DNA from: Bilabrum cf. latius | Taxonomy: Eukaryota | NCBI GenBank assembly: GCA_965178125.1 | Contig: OZ237755.1 | Location: 558,001-622,000 of the forward strand | DNA length: 64,000 nucleotides | Direction of reading: 5' to 3' | Part shown: positions 13,001-25,800 of the stretch, piece by piece | Layout: each line of letters starts with the position of its first letter | Position numbering within the stretch: the stretch's first letter is position 1 | The notes under the pieces: model-generated | Seen by the model: the letters and a program-made list of their open reading frames with translations, nothing else | What the model was told of the DNA's origin: nothing | Database searches by the model: none | Program-made: the position numbers and the translations under genes

Positions 13001-13856
13001 TTGGGGGATGCGCACCACTATTCGGCAGCGAAGGCCCCGTACTAAAACTGCCTGCAGTTCTAAGGCTCTGTGCCGCGATCGGACCAGCGCTAATAGCATG
13101 ATGCAGGGGAGTCTGCACGCTGCTCGATGCGTGGAGCAATTGCACGCCAGGCGCCATGGATGCACAAGCAGATCCAGAGGAGGAGCTGGAGGAGGCAGCC
13201 GCAGAGGATGATGAACTTGCCGATGGCGCTGATTTCCGCTGATCTAGAGAGGGGAAACCGGCATAACAGCTACTGCTACCGAGTGCGGGACTTTTAGATC
13301 TTATCGAGCTGCCCCACGCGTCTTTCTTGCCGCCCGTCACCGCCCCGCCTGCGGTCCTCGTGGACCGCATCTTTAGACTGCTGCCAATGGTATCAAGCTA
13401 AACCTAGCTATTTCCGAGCTCTGCGGCTGCGTCACTGTCACATGTCTGTGCCCAGGCGAATTGCGGAGAAGCCTCGCTGTCGTCTTGCATAGCCATACAT
13501 GCATCCCATGAAGGGTCACATGAACCATTCGAACAATTTAGCATCCATTGACTGCTAGAATTCGTCCCCTTGCCCGCTTTAGCGGAGTCTGGGCGCTCGG
13601 AATGTTGTCGAAACCGTGAGAAAGTGGAGGCCACGTTTCCCTACTCCTGCTACAGTGCAGCTCCAGGACTAGTCACATCTACTGGATATCGCATGTTTGT
13701 ATACTTATCTTCGGCCGCGAAGCGCTTCGGAGGTGTTTGTGCCCACCCGGCTGGCTCACACCGCTTCAAAGGCAAAATAGCGGGGCACGGCGCAACTCCT
13801 GACCGCTACGACCAAGCAGCTGACGGACCTCTCGATCGTCGGCGATTCACGTTCAT
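10038..13856 (-). CDS. Large Ser/Ala/Gly-rich protein of unknown function, ~1272 aa, single exon (TAG=Gln)
   Basis: Six track ORFs (13404, 11865, 11457, 11196, 10653, 10200) share one frame. From ATG 13856 to TGA 10038 the only interruptions are 11 TAGs. Confidence 0.72.
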
Positions 13857-14202
13857 ATTTATCGCTACTGAATTCAACAGGTATGCCGTACTTTATTCTA
13901 ATTTAATCAATGTGTCGGGCATGAGGGAGGAGGTTGCAGCCACGCGTCCAGTGATCGGGCACTTCCGGTATTCCAAAAGGGTTTGGCTCAGCCCGACACG
14001 CCTTTCTATGGCGATCTAGATGGAAATTAGTATGGTTAAGTCGCCATTCATCAAGCAATGCAACACGTCAACACTCGGCTGCAAGCGATAGACCTCATGT
14101 GCCCCTCGGCACACACCGCATCTCGCTGGCACCAAAAACCGACGCAATTACGCAACACCTGCTTGCGTTCCGCCAAATCACCCCCCAGCGGAGACGAATC
14201 GA

Positions 14203-16264
14203 TCAGCAGCAGGACGGGTTGCCCGCGGGACACCTGTAATAGTTGGGCCACTGGCTCGGGCACTTGCTGTTGTAATCCTTGGTGATCGGCACGGTGTTAT
14301 AATCAGGGAGATCGAGCTCGTAAGGGCCCATCAGCTGGCAGAAGGTGCCGGCAGGCGTGGTCCGAAGCCCCATGGGACAGTTCTTGCTGTTGAAGAAATC
14401 CGGCTGGTAGATCTTTGTCTTGTAGTTGTCCACAGGCATCTGCTCCTCTGACTGGAAGCTGGGGATGGCGTCCCCGAGCCCGTTCTGCCAGGCGCGGGCC
14501 GCGAGCACCGAGCACACCATAGAGTAGTTGCCGGCGTACTTCCATGCATCCTGCTCCTGCTCAGCGATCACCGAGCTCATGGCAATTCCTCGGCGCACGA
14601 TCTCATCGGTGGCGCAGTCAAAGTCGGTGCAGTTGAGCCCGAGCCGCTTGTTGAGTCCCATCGTGACGAGTGCGTGCACGCTCACGCCAGTCTCGGTCTT
14701 GGGCAGGATCTTGTCGAGGGCGAAGAAGAGGCCCTGGGTGGCCTTGTCTGTCAGCGGCAAAGGCAGGTTCATGTTCACACCGTTGGCGTAATCGTCGATC
14801 CAGGTGGCGATGAACGAGCTGCGACCGAAAGCAAACAGCACGGTGGCGTAGATACAGTGCAAAGCAACATGAGACACACGGGGAACTGCAGGGGCAACAC
14901 GGACGGGGATCGTGTTATCGTGGCGACTCTCTCACTTGTACCCGTAAGGCAAGCCCTCGTTGGCGTCGAACCACTTCCAGAACGTCTCCTCGTCCCACTT
15001 GTCTGACAGGGACCTCTCGATGGGCAGCAGGCCCACGTGGTACGTGGCGTTGATGGCTTGCTCGAACCACTGCTTCCAGGGAGTCTTGATGACGCCATAG
15101 GGCGCAGGCCAGTAGGGCTTGGGAGTGAACGGGTCCGCGTCAGTGGACTCCACCACGAAGAGCTCGTCCCCGCGCCACACGGCCACCGCAGAGTGGCCCG
15201 TCTGGCCCCCGCTGCCGAATGCGATCATGGGGTCCAGGCCGTCGAGCCTCAGGATCGCGAGGTAGTCTCCGGAGCGGATGTTCTCTGCGGGCACGAACTG
15301 GTGCTTGCCGTAGGGCACCGGGCTCTTGGGGAACAAGCCCCTCTGGGCCAGGAAGTCCTTGTTGCGCTCCACGAGACCGGGGCCGTCCCCGAGGAACAGA
15401 TTGACGGTCGCCAGTGCGTTGTCGACCGTGCCCAAGATGCCGCAAGGGAGCGCGAACACGCGCATGCCGCCTTGCTTCACGTCCTGCACGGCGAGGTTGC
15501 CGGGGAGCGGGTCGAACCGAGCCTCCACGGAGGGAGTCAGCTCGCCGACCTCAGCGAAGGCGCCGCCATACGAGGTGAGAACCAGAATAATGTCAGAGCA
15601 GAGAAGCTTCTTGGGAGAGCCCTGGCCTACGAATTGGATGGAAGCGCTCTTGTTGGACTCGGTCATGGTCATGGTTGCCTGGATCGAGTCGAAGCAGCTA
15701 GAGTTGAGAGTCGCCGTCGCAACGTTGGAGCCGGCAGCAGGCTGCAGCGTACCCAGCTCTACGGGAAGCAACTGGAATCCAGCCGAAGTGTTGTAGCACC
15801 ACCTGCATTCCAGAAAGGCGAGCATCGTTGGAAACGGCCAAGAGATTCAGCTGCGGCAACACCGTTAGCGTACAGGGCAACAAGAAAGAGCAGGCGGGGA
15901 ATTTCATCTATAAAAACGGAACGGTAAGGCGGAAACCACGAGCATGGTGCAGCACAAAAGGCTCTCACTGGTCGTCGATATCCGTTCCCACAGGCCAGTC
16001 TGCAGACTCCAGCGCACTCCAGGTAGACTCGTCGCGAGACTCAACCAAGTCACCGAGCAGCTGAGCTGTAGCAGACAGTACTGAATCCTTTGGGGCAGTT
16101 GCCCGTAGCTCTCCAAGATGGTGACGGCACTACGTCCCATCGCTCTGGCACGACGGCAACTCTCGGATCGCATCCACCATCCTTGCCTCAATACCAGCTG
16201 TTGAGGCCATCACACTACAAATGGATCCTATCGATGCCAGCACAAAGGCTGTAAAACTTCGCAT
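14203..16264 (-). CDS. Secreted protein with a permuted papain-like (NlpC/P60, His-before-Cys) domain, ~592 aa, 3 exons
   Basis: Signal peptide MRSFTAFVLASIGSICSVMA. Exons 16264-15969, 15802-14936, 14818-14203. IRSGDYLAIL..GHSAVAV..LFVVES..GLPYGYN..MVCSVLAARAW. One TAG at 16130; ends TGA. Confidence 0.75.
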
Positions 16265-16398
16265 CGCGCTGCTGTACCACGGAAACGACCGAAAGAAAGT
16301 AAATGGTAAATAATGTGATTTATGGATTTTAGTACAGTGATGTATAAACGGGAAAAACGCGGCGCTCAACTCCTCTGCGTCCACTACTAGCCAAGCAG

Positions 16399-19300
16399 AT
16401 GAGAAGCAGCAGCCTATACTTATGTTCTATTGTTGCTGTATCAATGGCAATTGGTGGCGAAATCAATTTTCCAGGAGGCCAAATACGGCTGCATTATGAA
16501 GTGTTTGACTCCTTGGTCGCTGCCCGCGGCTCGTAGTAGGGCGCTGCAAACAGTACGTCCAATCCAGATAGCTCGTCGGCATTTGCGCGATTCTACTTTG
16601 AGTCGTTGGATGCTCAGGAGACTGGCTGGTGTGGCCTGGGAATCGGGGCTTCCATGCAGGATGCTGATATCGTCACTTGCTCGTGGGCACCTGGATCGAA
16701 TTCCGACGCCGTGGATCGCACTTCGTCAGCATACGGCGTGCCACAGATCGACTAGTTTCAGGGTGATACAGAAGCAGCTGGTGCGTTTGTCCCTGGAGAT
16801 CCCAATGCACAGCCAGACCCAGGCAGCACCGGCTGCGGCTTCATTCGTCGTGTCACCCCAAGTACTCCAGCTAGAGGTACGAACAAGCCGCTGTGGGACG
16901 CTAGCACTACAGCTGAGACAGTCAAAACGGACTTAATTGCAGCGTGGGGTCCAGGATTTCCTGATGTAGCGTACCATGGCGGGAATCGGGCAGCATACCG
17001 AGTTTAGTTTGTCTCAGCGTCCGGTACCCCTCTCTCACCGCAAGAGGCAGCGACATCTGGGGTGGTAGAAGGGGTTTCACGCAGATTTATCCCACTAACT
17101 TACATTGCGCACGCCTTTGTGATGCTCATTGTTTGGGCCGTGCTAGTTCCAATCGCGGTGCTCGGCATTCGGCTCTGCCCCGGGCAGCGCCAGTGGCTCT
17201 TAGATTCGCATCAAAACTCCATGTTTCTCGCGACTTCATTGACGATTCCAGCGGCTACTGCTGCGTTCATAGCAAAGGGCACCTGGAACGGCCTGTCCCT
17301 GCACGGCGTGCTGGGTGTCTGCATCGCCGTGATCCTGGTCGTCCAGAACGTCCTCGGGGCAGGGGCGCGCGCCTACTTCCGTCCGCAACAGGGCGTGCCG
17401 CAGCCTTCACTCGCCTACGTGCGGTGGATTCACAGGGCGCTTGGTGTGGTAACGCTGTCACTTACCACGGCTAACGTCTGCATCGGATTCTCAAAGCTGC
17501 TGCCAGAGCTTTGGTTTACGCCAATCCTTTGGTTCCTGTGCATCGCTGCAGCAGCCCTCGGGATCGCCTACTACAACCACTTGGACCACATGGCTGCAGT
17601 GGACAGATTCAAGCCGCACCAGCTGCAAATTAAGGCGCAGGAGCACGTTGAGCTGCAGGAAAAAGCCGCGACGGGGGGGGTAGAGCTGGGGGCAGCCGCG
17701 GTGCAGGCGGACCCACCTCGAAACGACATGACCAAGACGCTAGCCCATCTCGCGGCCATCAAGAAGCGGTCCGTGGAAGGAGGCCACGTTGATGAATACA
17801 CTGGAATTCTACGCAATGGATCGTCGTGGGCACAGTAGGGCCAGGGCGGAGGCACTCGGTCCGGGCCTGCGACACCCGAGGACGAGAGCAGGTTCCTCAA
17901 AGTCACCATGCCCGAGGTGACGGAGCGCGCAAGGGCAGGCGAGAAGCTGCTGGTTATTGCAGGCCTGGTCATCGACGTGCAGGGGTGGATGGAGTCACAC
18001 CCTGGAGGCACGTACAGCATCGAGCAGTACATTGGGAAGGACGCCACCAAGGCATTCATGGGGGCGGAGTCCCCGCACCCTTCCATGCCTCGTGCGTTCC
18101 ACAGCGACTATGCCCGGACCCTCGTGCAGAGCATGGCAGTGGCAAAGCTGCGCTACGTTCCGACCAGCACTCCATCAAATGTGCATGGAGCACCTGCTCC
18201 CGTCTTGCGCACCCAGGCTTCCTCTTCGAGCATCGCTGGCGTTTGCCGAGCCGACTCCACGAGCCCATCCTCGTCACTTCAGCCACCAGATGTGCTGCAC
18301 CCCAGTCAGATACTAGGAGCAGATCCATCTGGGTCCTTTGACAGCATCGATCTACAAAACGGGAGGGTCCGTGCCAAAGCAGAACTGAACGGCTCCATCC
18401 AAGCCGTGTGGCAAAGGAGGAAGAGCCAAAGCAGCAGACAGAGCCGACCACCCAATGGGTCTAACGCAGTGCACGCGTACACAGCAGAAGACCTGCATAC
18501 CCAGTCAGTGGTAGCGCAGGCGGACGAGCAGCTAGGATCTACGGAAAAGACCCTTCCGCTCGGTGGTCTCGGTGCTGTGCCGGAGGAGGTGGAATTCACG
18601 AAGCCTTGGCCGGTTCTTCACAAGTGCGCAGCGACAGATCCTTCTTAGGACCCTCGTCCAGCCACTCGTCTACACCTCCGAATGTCGCCTAGCTTTGATC
18701 TGTGCCAAGGAGCTCACTCTGTCATGACACTGGGCACATCCGGGGGACAGCAAGGAACGATTCACTTCCGAATGACAGAATCGGAAAGGTTTCAGGCAAA
18801 GAGAGATGGAATGCTCGACGACTTGTCCAGTTCAGCTGCGAGCAGCGCTTCCCATGCGGTACAGTATCAGGCTCGATTCTTCTGCAGGCACGTCATGATT
18901 GGCATGCATGAGCACCAACAGTCCGGCAAGCCCCCGGTTGCAAGACCCTACACGCTGCTGTCGTACGATGTTACATCTGCAGGATCGGCTGCTTTCCCGG
19001 GTCGGGCTCGGGCCGGCACGGCGTACGTCGTTGTGCGGCCTCGGGAAGGAGGTGCCGTGTCACCCTGGCTCGTCAGCCGAGTCAGTGGCAATCTAGTCTG
19101 GGCTGGGGTACGATCGCTGGGGAAGCCGCTCGCGATTTGCGATTTAGATCGGATGGAGAGCTTCATGGAACAAGTGGATGCAGCGGGCGCCAGGTCAAAC
19201 CGGCGAGAGAGCACTGAGAGCGAAGAGAACTCTGCAAGCGGCGCGCAACGCGAGATATCAAGTGGCAACGAACTATTCGGCCGGTCCCGGGCAGCTGGAA

Positions 19301-20121
19301 GCAAACAGGATCGATGGGCCCCGCAGTCCACAGTGGACGAGGCCCGCAGAGTGGGCGTGCTTGGGAGACCCAAGTCGAGACTCATGATGGACCACCTCGT
19401 GGGACACAACGCGATCAAGGTGGCGTTCGTGTGCTAGGGCACCGGCAATGTAGCGTGGGTGGATGTAGTAGGGTGGATGGTAGAAGAGGCGATGTACCCC
19501 ACGCAAGAGCGCAGCAAGGGTCCCGGTGGTTTCCGTGCCCCGGAGCACGTCAGGATTTTGAACGTCTGTGGCAATGAGCACGACGCAGTTGGTTGTGGCT
19601 ACCTGAGGTCCGCATAGTGGGTTCTGAATCCAAAGCACAGCCATGCCAGAGCCGCCGAGAGGAAACTTTTTGTGAGGCTGCATGCATATCTCCGGTCCCA
19701 GTCGTGGGCTGACGAGAAGCCTTTCGAGCGGTCGGTGGGTGACACGCTCGGCTCGCAGCTGATCCTCGACCTGCTCACTCGGTCATCGGCCCCAGAAGCG
19801 CTCGAAACCAGCGACGGTGCAATGAAACGAATTGGCAGTGCGATTGGTTCCCTTTTTATGCCGTCAGGAGAGAACCGCTCGAGCGGCGGGGTCGCTGCTC
19901 CAGCCGGTGCAGCCGGTGCCCTTAAGCAACAGCTCAAGGTGGACATGCTGGTCGTCTGCGGCCCACCTAAATTCGAGAAGACGGTCATGTCAGCGTGCAA
20001 GGAGGCTGGGGTGCTCGGTCTCCTACAGGTGAGGGCTCTGACCAGCGGCATTCGGATAGGTGTGGACCGCCAGCAGGCCGCAGAGTCATCGGCCGCTGAA
20101 GGTGGGGCGGGGGCAAAGTGA
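16399..20121 (+). CDS. Signal peptide-DOMON-cytochrome b561-cytochrome b5-FAD/NAD(P)H reductase fusion, 1240 aa, single exon (TAG=Gln)
   Basis: DOMON GWCGLGIGASMQDADIV..AWG..YHG. b561 His motifs AHAFVM, SHQNSM, LHGVLG, IHRALG. b5 HPGG..GKDATKAF..FHS. FNR-type RPYT, GAVSPWL, QGTG, VCGPP. TAGs at 16534, 16537, 16753, 17005, 17836, 18646, 19435, 19615; ends TGA. Confidence 0.85.
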
Positions 20122-20271
20122 ATTACCTTTGGGGCGTTTGGGTCGTGAGCATAAGAAGCTATCAACAACGATATTCAAGGTTTAACATCGTGCATATCGC
20201 GGTGAAATCGTGCTTTTCAGCTGATTCACTAGTAAGGCAGCAGTACTCCGTGCACCCTGCTGCTTGGCATC

Positions 20272-22725
20272 TCACAGTCTGGTGCTGTTCCCAACTCCCT
20301 ACACCTTAGATCTAATGGCCCATTCGGCTGGCTCCATTGCGACCTCACTATTGGCAGCTATCCTGTGAAACGTAGTAACTCCTCGCAGACAAAAAGCCTG
20401 CCTCACCTTACGCTCGCAACCTCCAGCAGACTCGCTGGGCAGGGGCCCAAGGCCATCAATAACCTCCAGCGGCTGCTCAAGCGAGTGCAGTCGGCCCTCT
20501 TCCACAGGAAGCCTAGCTTCCAGCTCCGCCTGAGCAAACTTGGTCACCGAGCTCTGCTCAAACATGTGATAATGGACGGCATCTCGTTCTAGCTCCATGG
20601 CGTTCATGGTGGCCACAGGGCGCTGGCACGTGCTGCCATCAGGGACTGGCTGCCGGCAGCCCGGCAAAGCCACAGCGCACTCGGCAGACACAACCTCCAG
20701 GGGCGCATACCTGGCAGACAGCGCGGATACATTATTAGCCTGATCCCACTGCAGGCACGCACGGTCGAACTCATTCACCAGTGCAGCGTGATGGATGTGC
20801 AGCCAAGCCGCCAGGTCTGTACGAGCCACGTACTTGGACCGGTGTGCGCCAATTTCCACCAGCCGAGATGCATGCTCCCCTAGCTGCTCGAGCGATCGAA
20901 TTCCCAGAGCGTACTCGCTGAGGATAGGCTGACGCAGCAGGGGCCAGTAGGCAGGCGACGACCGGTCCCACCACGGTTCTCTCCGAGCTGCTGCCATGTC
21001 CAGTGGCCGCAAGACGCGCTCAAGCAGTCTCTAGCCCTCACGCGAGTCCGTCCATGGGTGCGTCGCAGAGGTCCACTTCAGCTCCAATCCCGCGTGCTTC
21101 AGCACAGCCTTCGTAGCGACAAGATGCGACATCAACAATCTGAACATGGGCATGTTGGGCGATAGCTGCAGCGCCTTCGGCGGGCATGTCGCGAACCCAG
21201 ACTGCATCGACAGAGCCACCCGCCCGAGAGCAAAGCGATTGTGTAGCTCGATGGCTCCCGGAGGAGCTTCGCCCTTCTGCCTGGCGTGCGCGTCTGCCTT
21301 GTCGACTAGGTCAGCAATCGAAGCTACGTTGAAGTACTCGTCCACATCGTGAGTCGTGATCCACTGGGACAGAGGCTTGCCATACTTGAACAAGAAGTGC
21401 TGCGCGGCCATCTGCTGAGACTCGTGTGAAAATTGCCCCTTGTCAAAGCTGTATGCATTAGCTTTTCTGAATGGCCACGATAGCTCCAGCACGACTGGAG
21501 CTGACCTGCTCGTGTGCTGCACCACGGGAAGACACATGGGCACACTGAAAAGTCGCGTGGCGCAAGTCCCCTTCGCGTCATAGCTGGCACCCATCGTAAC
21601 TGCGGCAGCAGGAACACCATCCGTACCATTCGGCCAGGCTGCGTTGCACAGAAACTCCAGCTGAGACTGCACCAGGCATCCACCCTACCTCCACTCGTCA
21701 TCATTTCTGTATGTCACGATCGCCTCCAGGCCCCTGTCGGCATGATAGGCAGCCCATGATGCCATGAATTGCTCCCTGTCCTCAAACATCGTGAATACCA
21801 TGCCAATCACCTTGTGCGGCCGCAGGTCAATCAGTGAGCCTGAGGATGAAGATTGCCGAGCGTAGACATCATCATGATCCCAATGCGGCGTCGCGGCACC
21901 GCCGAGCTGACTCATGGTGCGCATACCAGTGGGATTGGACGGAGCTGCCACAAGAGACGGCCACATGCAGCGCCAGCCAGGATGGCGAATGCACTCCATG
22001 TTGGAGCCAGATGGCCAAAGGGGCTGGCCCTCGCCTCCTCCTGCATCATGATGGCCTGAGAGCGCCTGCCTCACCTGCTCGCGCAGAATCTCCGCATGCC
22101 ACACTCGGATCACATGTACAAGCGATGAGTATGCAACCTTGATCCAGATGAATCCTCCATCCGGAAGCAAGTTGCGAATCTTTGGTGGTATGGGCCAGCG
22201 AGCCACCTGGCCGCCTGCAGCATCGGACGAGTGGCGCGACGTATTTTGAGGCACAACTTGATCAGCAGGTCCTACTGATTCCCAGTCTTCCCCTTCCACT
22301 TCAGCTCGAACTTGGATTACGACCTGCTCGAAACGATTGGGAAGCCGCCTGTACTGCGGAATCACGCCGAACACTTGGCCATCTCTCGCGAAAATGTCCA
22401 AGAAGAGCCATCGCCTCCCGACATTGGCCAAATTCAGATTCTCGTCAAATGGATCGTCAGGAGATTGATCTCCAAGTCGCCACCCGCAACTTCTCACAGG
22501 GACGTCAGGTGGACCGGCGGCCCTATCGTTGCCCAATCCGCCGTACGTGGGATCGCTACACATGATCATGGGCTGTATTCTATGGTATGGGTGAGAAGCA
22601 TCACCAAGGATACTTCGGAAAGCAGTTTGCTGCTGCTTTCGACTCGTACCAATGACCACTGCAGGGGCACAACAAGGGAGCAGTAGCCAAGCAAGTAAAG
22701 CGACACAAATGCCAGCCAGCTACAT
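20272..22725 (-). CDS. Secreted or Golgi glycosyltransferase, GT92/DUF23-like, ~817 aa (TAG=Gln)
   Basis: ATG-TAG-LAGICVALLAWLLLPCCAPA signal peptide. FMASWAAYHADRGLEAIVTY, WITTHDVDEYF (DxDE), AVHYH. TAGs at 22720, 21685, 21031, 20299; ends TGA. Confidence 0.72.
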
Positions 22726-22891
22726 GATACTTGTTGGTTTCCAGTCGTTATACGATATAGAAACGCTGCAAAGGGCAGCAATCGGGCGGGACCTCTTGCG
22801 CCAAACAAAGCCGGAACCAGCGGCGCTACTTCGATTCAAATTGGTCGATTTAATTGACCACTCCTTCGCACATCAAGCACACGTTAATACA

Positions 22892-25800
22892 ATGGTGACG
22901 ATTTCCAGGGTGTCCAAGCGAGACTATGAGCGCATACAGAGCGGCTAGGTCGTGACAAGCCTTGCGGTTGCACTGAAAGAGCTCGTCGAAAATAGCCTGG
23001 TAAGGAGGGGCGTGTCGCATCCATCACAACCATCGTTACCAATAAGATTTGCATTTATTTCGCAACTACTGCATTTCATTGCAGGACGCTGGTGCGTCGG
23101 GGGTCGATGTTAGGCTGGAGAGTTTTGGAGCCGACCTGATTGAGGTTTCCGACAATGGCCGAGGCATCTGCAAAGCAGATCTCACAATGCTGTGTGTGAG
23201 GCACGCGACCAGCAAAATCAAGTCATTTAGTGAACTAGAAGGCGTCTCGACGTTTGGTTTTCGCGGGGAAGCGCTAGCATCCCTCTGTGCTTGCTGCGAT
23301 TCGGTGCAAGTCGTCTCGCGCACCAAGGATGACCTAGTTGCAGAGTCCGTTCGCTACGGCCACGGTGGAGAACCTGTCAAACGGAAGCCGCACGCGCGAA
23401 ATGTGGGTACGACAGTATCGATTTTCGGCCTGTTTGCAAGACTTCCGGTCCGCTAGGCAGACTTTAAGCGTGCAGGAAGCAGACACATGGCAAAGGCCCT
23501 GCAGCAAATGCAGGCGTATGCTGTGGCTGCACCGCACTGCCGCTTCTCCGTAGTACACACGCAGGGTGCAGGTGGAGCAAAGTCTCGATCACCAGGCGGC
23601 AAGGCGCGGGGTGCCAAGCCAGGAAAGACTGGCCCTGCTCGGAGGTCCGTCCTGCTCCAGTGTCCCGCTGGCCTAGGCCTCCGGGACAGGGTGAGCGCTG
23701 TCTTTGGACGAGACTTTGCTTCGGGGCTCATTGAATTTGAGGCAGCGGCAGGTATAGGGGACTTGCGACCCGAAATGCAGGACGATGGCACCGGTGGCGG
23801 CGGTGGGACTGGGTCCTCAGCTGGTGCTGGTGTCGGGGCAGCGAGCAGCAGTGGAGCCGGTGCAATGGGCGCCATCGCGGGGGCACAGGCAGATGACACG
23901 GCAAGCATCGATAGTGCTGATGACCGCCAGATGCTCATGTCACCGGATGCTCTGCAGCCGTTGGCCATAAGTACGAGAAAGGCAGCAACATCGAGTAGCA
24001 GCAGCGACGGCAGTGGCAGTGGCAGTGGCAGAAGCAGCAGCTCCAGCAGCAGCAACGGCATTAGCAGCTCCAGCAGTAAAAGCTCCCAGCCACCGTCAGG
24101 CAGCACTAACCTGGCTCAGTTTGCAGCCGGGGGCAGCAATTTGGCGGTTGCAGCTGTTGCAGGATCCACGGATCCAGCGCCAAGAGGTGCTGCTGCTGCT
24201 GCCACAGGCGCGAGAGGCAGCACCGCAGTATCGTCACAATCTGCCAGCAGCGAGACCCAGCCGTCAGCAAGGTCTGCTGACATGATTCGATTGCGGGGCC
24301 TGGTATCTAGTCCGGCTGGTGGTATAGGAAGGGCTGCGGGCGACCGCCAGTTCGTGCTATTGAACGGGAGGCCTGTAGATGCGCCATGGCTTGTCAAGGC
24401 CGCGCAAGCAACCTGGAGGAGGTACGAAATGAAGCACAAACCAGCCATTGTGGTGTCCATGGAGGCACCTGGCTGGGCATACGATGTGAACGCCTCGGTA
24501 GACAAGCGAGAGGTGCACGTAATTGGAACTGACCGCGTTGCGCAGTCTCTCCAGTAGGCGCTGCGAGAGCTGTGGGAGCCAACGAGGCAGGAAATGAGGA
24601 TAGGCGAGGGTGGTCTGGGCCTGGCGCAGCGGGGTGGCAAAGGCTCCAAGTCTGCTGCTTCACTAGGGTCCTTTGGTTTTTCAGCAATGGTGAGTCCCTC
24701 CGTTAGCCCAGCGCCAAGCAGGTCGCCGAGCGTAGGCAGAGAGCGACCCGGGACTGAATCCAATCGCTAGACCGACACAGCCTCAGCAGCAGCATCGTCC
24801 AAAACTGGGCTTGATAATTAGCACCAGAAGAAGAACAAGAGCGCTACGGCGGATCGCAAGACGGACAAGCGACGTGGAAGAAAGTCGGGCGCTACTGCCG
24901 CTCGCATTGAGTCGGGCGACATGTGGGAGGAGGAGGAGGAGGAAGTCGGCGAGGATGGGGATGGGGATGATGACGGAAGCGAGGATGAAGATGAGGATGG
25001 GGACAATGAGATAGGCCGTACTTGCAGCGCAGATGCCGGTAGTTCGCCTATCACCAGCAATGCGGAAGCAGCAAACGCAAGGCAGCGACACGGGCAGCAT
25101 GGAGCGGCAAGCAAGGCAGCCGCTGCGCACCGCGAACCATCAAACGCAGCCGTCCTGGCACCAGCGAGTGCCAGGCGAGAGCACAGGACAAAGCGCAGGC
25201 ACGATGTGGATGCAGTTGAGACCCAACCGCTGCACGCAGTGGCAGCGACTCTGCCGAGTCCCGGGCGTGCACATCCGGCAAGACGTGAGCCAGACAGCAG
25301 AGGCACAGGCTACGAGCGACCGCCGAGAAATAGGCAGGCAGTGCAGCCCCCCGGGGTCCCAAACCACCCCACGCAGCGAGAGAGCGTACGAATGGACTCG
25401 GTCAGGGCAGCAGTGCGCAGGCGATGCGCACGGATGCGCGAATCGAGGGGCGAAGCACCCGCCGCCGGTGCTGCAGCGGAGGGCACTGCACCGCCTGCCT
25501 CCAAGCGACCCAGGACAGAAGATTCTATCGAGGCTGGGAGCAGCAACACTGTCGTTGCGAATGAAGGAGACCCATCCGCAGAAGGTGATGTGTCCGAGCT
25601 GGCGAAAGCAGCGGATGCAGGCGCAGAGGCAGCGGTAGAGGCAGCCCGGAGGGCAGAAGCCCGCCTGATACGGGTTCTCGACAAGGAGCGATTCGCCCGG
25701 ATGCAGGTTGTAGGGCAATTCAACAAAGGCTTCATAATCGCCGCGGATGGCAGCGATCTGTACATCGTCGACCAGCACGCGAGCGACGAGAAGGCCCGCT

